Shown: positions 6,451-10,168 of the stretch, in pieces
How positions within the stretch are numbered: position 1 is the stretch's first letter
How the letters are laid out: each line of letters starts with the position of its first letter
Notes under the pieces: generated by a model
The model's input: the letters and a program-made list of their open reading frames with translations, nothing else
Databases searched by the model: none
Told to the model about the DNA's origin: nothing
Assembly: GCA_044224875.1 (NCBI GenBank)
Contig: JBGAJQ010000094.1
Span: 6,101 to 16,268 of the forward strand
Reading direction: 5' to 3'
DNA: 10,168 nt
From: Gemmatimonadaceae bacterium
GTDB taxonomy: Bacteria; Gemmatimonadota; Gemmatimonadetes; Gemmatimonadales; Gemmatimonadaceae
Position numbers and translations under genes: made by a program

Positions 6451-6621
6451 GTTGCGCCTATGCACCCCACCCGAGGTGGCTGCGGGTTCTGGCTTCAGAC
6501 GATGCACGGCGTTGGCGCGTCCGAACATGGAAACTCGACGCCCCAGGGGTTGCAGTGCCTAGGTATCTCGGCTGACGCCCGGTTCCTGTTCCGCGCTGCC
6601 CGGTTGTGAGGCATACGAGAC

Positions 6622-6654
6622 GGCAACGGGCGACCCAAAGGGTCGCCCGTTGTC
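6622..6654. terminator. Terminator hairpin downstream of glmS
   Basis: Perfect 13-bp stem CAACGGGCGACCC (6624-6636) / GGGTCGCCCGTTG (6640-6652) with a 3-nt loop, about 25 nt after the glmS stop. Confidence 0.82.
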
Positions 6655-6677
6655 ACATCATTCCCTCGCCCGCCAAG

Positions 6678-8504
6678 TCACTCGACGGTCACGCTCTTTG
6701 CGAGGTTCCGAGGCTGGTCCACGTTGGAACCGCGCTTCACGGCGACATAATACGCCAGAAGCTGCAGTGGGATGCTCGAAAGGATCGGCATTAACAGGTC
6801 CAACGTTTCTGGAATCCGGATTTCGTAATCGATCTTGCCCTTCAGCGCCGGCTCGTCGCGACTGGTGATGGCGATCACGCGTCCCTTGCGAGCCTTCACC
6901 TCCTGCACATTCGACGTGATCTTGTCGAAGACGGAATCATGCGGTGCGATGAAGACGACTGGCATCATCTCGTCGATCAAGGCGATCGGACCGTGCTTCA
7001 TCTCGGCCGCGGGATAGCCCTCGGCGTGGATGTACGAGATCTCCTTGAGTTTGAGCGCCCCTTCCAGGGCTGCTGGGAAGTTGTAGCCACGCCCCAAGTA
7101 CAGGAAGTTTGACGCTCGCTTGAACTCCTCGGCCAGGGCCTCGATCTCCTCGGCGCGGTCGAGAATCTGTTGCACCTGAGCGGGAATGGCCTTGAGCGCC
7201 TCCACGATCTCGCGACCGCGCAGGATGCTCATGTCGCGGAGCCGGCCTAGCTTCAGGGTAAAGAGCAGGAGCGCGGTAACCTGCGAAGTGAAGGCCTTGG
7301 TGCTGGCCACACCGATTTCGGGACCCGCATGCAAGTAGATCCCGCCGTCAGCCTCACGCGCGATGGTCGAACCGACCACGTTGACGATGCCCAGGGTGCG
7401 CGCGCCGCGCCGTTTGGCCTCGCGCATGGCGGCCAGCGTGTCCGCCGTCTCACCGGACTGCGAGATGACGATGCACAGCGTCCGCTCGTTCACGATGGGA
7501 TTGCGGTAGCGGAACTCCGATGCGTACTCGACTTCCACCGGCACCCGCGTCAGCTCCTCAATCAGGCTCTCGCCGATGAGGGCCGAGTGCCAGCTCGTAC
7601 CGCAGGCCGTGATGACGATGTTGTCGAAGGACAGCAGCTCCTCGTCCGTCAGGTTCAATCCACCAAGCTTGGAGGTGCCGTCGTCCGGCAACAAGCGACC
7701 ACGGAATGTGTTCTCGATCGTCTGGGGTTGCTCGAAGATTTCCTTCAGCATGAAGTGGGCAAACCCACCGCGTTCGATCTGTGCGAGGTCCCAGTCCACT
7801 CGAGAGACCTTCTTCTGCAACTCGGTCGCATCGAGGTCGATGATGCGATACCCCTGGCGATCCAGCACGGCGAGGTCGCCATCGTCCAGGTAGACAACCT
7901 GGCGAGTGTGCGCGAGAATCGCGGAAACATCGCTGGCCACGAAGTACTCGTCCTCGCCGAGGCCAACCAGCAACGGGCTACCCTTTCGCGCGGCCACGAT
8001 CTTGTGCGAGTCCACGCCAGAGATCACGGCGATCCCGTATGTCCCCTCAACCATGCGCAGCGTCTGGATGACTGCGTCTTCGAGGTTTCCCTCGAAAAAC
8101 TCCTGAATCAGGTTGGCGATGACTTCGGTGTCGGTGTCCGACTGGAACTTGTAACCACGGCCTTCGAGCATGTGCTTGAGAACCGTGAAATTCTCGATGA
8201 TGCCGTTGTGTACCACCGCGATGGTACCGTCCTGGCTCATCTGTGGGTGTGCGTTCACCTGATTCGGCGGTCCGTGGGTCGCCCAGCGCGTGTGAGCAAT
8301 CCCCGTGGTGCCGGCCACCGGCGTCGACGCAAGGAGCGACTCCAGGCGCGAGATCTTCCCCGCTTCCTTCACGGTCTCCACGCCAGCGCCATTCATGATG
8401 GCGACGCCTGATGAGTCGTAGCCTCGGTACTCAAGGCGCTTCAGCCCCTCGACCAGGAGGGGCGTTGCCACCTTGAGTCCAACGTATCCGACAATTCCGC
8501 ACAT
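6678..8504 (-). CDS. glmS: Glutamine--fructose-6-phosphate transaminase (isomerizing)
   Basis: MCGIVG N-terminus, LEYRGYDS, HTRWATHG, HNGIIEN, SQSGETADT, VASTKAFT, EMKHGP, and C-terminal DQPRNLAKSVTVE. Confidence 0.99.
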   Translation of the reverse strand: MCGIVGYVGLKVATPLLVEGLKRLEYRGYDSSGVAIMNGAGVETVKEAGKISRLESLLASTPVAGTTGIAHTRWATHGPPNQVNAHPQMSQDGTIAVVHNGIIENFTVLKHMLEGRGYKFQSDTDTEVIANLIQEFFEGNLEDAVIQTLRMVEGTYGIAVISGVDSHKIVAARKGSPLLVGLGEDEYFVASDVSAILAHTRQVVYLDDGDLAVLDRQGYRIIDLDATELQKKVSRVDWDLAQIERGGFAHFMLKEIFEQPQTIENTFRGRLLPDDGTSKLGGLNLTDEELLSFDNIVITACGTSWHSALIGESLIEELTRVPVEVEYASEFRYRNPIVNERTLCIVISQSGETADTLAAMREAKRRGARTLGIVNVVGSTIAREADGGIYLHAGPEIGVASTKAFTSQVTALLLFTLKLGRLRDMSILRGREIVEALKAIPAQVQQILDRAEEIEALAEEFKRASNFLYLGRGYNFPAALEGALKLKEISYIHAEGYPAAEMKHGPIALIDEMMPVVFIAPHDSVFDKITSNVQEVKARKGRVIAITSRDEPALKGKIDYEIRIPETLDLLMPILSSIPLQLLAYYVAVKRGSNVDQPRNLAKSVTVE

Positions 8505-8525
8505 AGGAGTTTCTTTGGAAAACGC

Positions 8526-9896
8526 TTAAGCGCCCAGCGCGTCGAGCGGCGCGCGGCAGCGCGTGATAAGTGCCTGTGCCTGCGCCTTCGTCGGCGCCTC
8601 GGCGATGACGCGTACAATGGGCTCGGTCCCTGACGGCCGGACGTGAACCCAACGATCTGACCAGGCGAGCCTAAGCCCATCCTGGACATCCACCTTTGCG
8701 TCCGCGAAAGCGGCCCGAAGCGACGCGTACACGTCATCCAGGCTGCCTTTCGGACGGTCCAGCTTGTCTTTCACGATCGCATACTGCGGATATCGTGCCA
8801 CGGTGGCACTCAACGCCTCGCCACTTTCGTGCAACAGTTGGAGCAGAAGCGCGGCGGCGACGGGGGCGTCCCGCCCCAGATGCAGATCGGGCAAAATGAC
8901 CCCTCCGTTCCCTTCACCTCCAACCACCGCCCCCTCATCCCGCATGCGAACCGCAACATTCACTTCGCCGACGGGTGCGCGAATGACGGTCACACCGGAC
9001 TCGGCCGCCACGTCGTCGACGATGCGGCTGGTCGACAGATTCGTCACGACGGGGCCACGCCGCTTCGCCAGGACGACACGTGCCGCCAGTGCAAGGGTGT
9101 AATCCTCGCCGATCGCTGTCGCTCGATCCGAGACAACGGCAAGGCGATCGACATCGGGGTCGGTCGCGAACCCAATGGACGCCCCCGTCTGCTGGACCAG
9201 CGCCTCGAGCTCTCCCAGGTTTTCCGCCACCGGCTCCGGCGAACGATGGAATCGCCCATGCGGCTCCATGTTGATCGACCGCACGTCGCAGCCTAACGCC
9301 TCGAGTAGCGGGGGCATGATCGTGATGCCGGCACCGTGGCACGCATCCAGGGCCACGACAAACCGGTGGGCACGAATCCCCGAGACATCCAGGAACGGCA
9401 AGGCCAAAATCCGCTCCACATGTCGACCGATCATGCTATCGTCAGCTTCAACGTGCCCGAGCGAGCGCCAGTCGGCGTACTGAGCGCCACGGTCCACGTA
9501 CGCGCGCATCGCCGCACCATCGGTGGCGTCGAGAAACAAACCAGACGCGCCAATGAACTTGAGCGCATTCCACTCCACGGGGTTGTGACTCGCCGTTATG
9601 GCCAATCCCCCAGCCGCGTGGAGCTCCTCCACCGCCAGTTGAACCGTTGGCGTTGGAGCCATCCCGATATCAATGACCGTCGCGCCCACCGACTCCAGGG
9701 CGCCAGTTACGATGCGGTGAAGCATCGGCCCCGACACACGACTGTCACGCCCCAGAACGACTGCGCGCGAAGTCGACCGGGCGAGCGACCACGCGCCAAA
9801 GCCGGCCGAATACCGCGCCACCACTTCGGGTGTGAGTCCTTCTCCGACACGGCCCCGGACACCGGAGACGCTCACCATTAGCCCGCCAAACGTCAT
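8526..9896 (-). CDS. glmM: Phosphoglucosamine mutase (alpha-D-phosphohexomutase family)
   Basis: SGVRG, TASHNP (phosphoserine), DPDVDR (metal loop), GEGNGG, VRPSGTEP. Lies 21 nt upstream of glmS. The family is certain, while GlmM specificity is inferred from context. Confidence 0.88.
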   Translation of the reverse strand: MTFGGLMVSVSGVRGRVGEGLTPEVVARYSAGFGAWSLARSTSRAVVLGRDSRVSGPMLHRIVTGALESVGATVIDIGMAPTPTVQLAVEELHAAGGLAITASHNPVEWNALKFIGASGLFLDATDGAAMRAYVDRGAQYADWRSLGHVEADDSMIGRHVERILALPFLDVSGIRAHRFVVALDACHGAGITIMPPLLEALGCDVRSINMEPHGRFHRSPEPVAENLGELEALVQQTGASIGFATDPDVDRLAVVSDRATAIGEDYTLALAARVVLAKRRGPVVTNLSTSRIVDDVAAESGVTVIRAPVGEVNVAVRMRDEGAVVGGEGNGGVILPDLHLGRDAPVAAALLLQLLHESGEALSATVARYPQYAIVKDKLDRPKGSLDDVYASLRAAFADAKVDVQDGLRLAWSDRWVHVRPSGTEPIVRVIAEAPTKAQAQALITRCRAPLDALGA

Positions 9897-9915
9897 TCAA
9901 GCCCCATCGAAGTTG

Positions 9916-9980
9916 CAGCACAGTATAGCGATACGTGCTGTCGTGAGATTATTAGACCCTCATAATAACCGGTCGACAGC
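9916..9980. repeat. Two overlapping inverted repeats upstream of glmM
   Basis: IR-A 9916-9940: CAGCAC(A)GTAT-AGCG-ATACGTGCTG. IR-B 9937-9980: GCTGTCG-N5-TTATTA-N8-TAATAA-N5-CGACAGC. They share GCTG at 9937-9940. Confidence 0.7.
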
Positions 9981-10168
9981 GGATGACCCATAGCGACGGT
10001 ATTCGGACGGGCGCCGTAACATTATTGCGAGCAAAATCACCACTTCTGCAATCGCACGACGCGCGACCCCTGCTTGCGCGCGAAGCTCGCATCGATGGCC
10101 AAACCCCCTTATCCCGAATGAGCGCTGGGCTAGCGATCGACGCGACCGCTTGTCAGGTCACCGCCGCC

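Noticed and set aside
4342..6476. Degenerate direct repeat bracketing the ars module (TAATTGCGC...CCCACCGAG versus TAGTTGCGC...CCCACCCGAG)
   Set aside because: Needs several gaps to align, both copies coincide with promoter regions, and it is compatible with chance in GC-rich DNA.
6655..6715. Tn7-like element inserted at attTn7: a TGT lies 21-23 nt downstream of the glmS stop on the - strand
   Set aside because: The TGT runs straight into what looks like the native terminator. There is no matching end in 4331-4423, no repeated TnsB sites, no 5-bp duplication and no tns genes.
7329..8411. 360-aa + strand ORF
   Set aside because: Antisense shadow of glmS, expected from high-GC codon bias, with no recognisable motifs.
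8505..8525. glmS ribozyme upstream of glmS or glmM
   Set aside because: The glmM-glmS gap is only 21 nt. Upstream of glmM there is an AGCGC and an ATCGA on the - strand but not the conserved GACGAGG/UCGGCGG core.
10014..10041. dif-like 11-6-11 site on the - strand (GGTGATTTTGC-TCGCAA-TAATGTTACGG)
   Set aside because: Only partial resemblance to E. coli dif, and it lacks the conserved inner TAA/TTA dyad.

Overview
High-GC bacterial chromosomal window; the gene content and style tentatively suggest Gemmatimonadota, which is inference only. The + strand carries the 3' part of a GAF/class III adenylate cyclase gene overlapping a Kdo kinase (KdkA-like) and an OpsX-like GT9 heptosyltransferase, then a secreted Spy/CpxP-like protein. 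The - strand carries glmM-glmS, a compact arsenic module (arsR, an unannotated 55-aa two-Cys ORF, arsN2, arsM) bounded by two strong hairpins, and then dtd-maf. The arsenic module is the most interesting part. It sits just downstream of glmS, has no efflux pump or arsenate reductase in the window, carries two copies of an ArsR-type operator, encodes an ArsM with a Cys-rich N-terminal extension, and has two small unannotated ORF candidates next to the operators. The region upstream of glmM holds two overlapping, mutually exclusive inverted repeats. No transposase, integrase, CRISPR array, tRNA or rRNA was seen.
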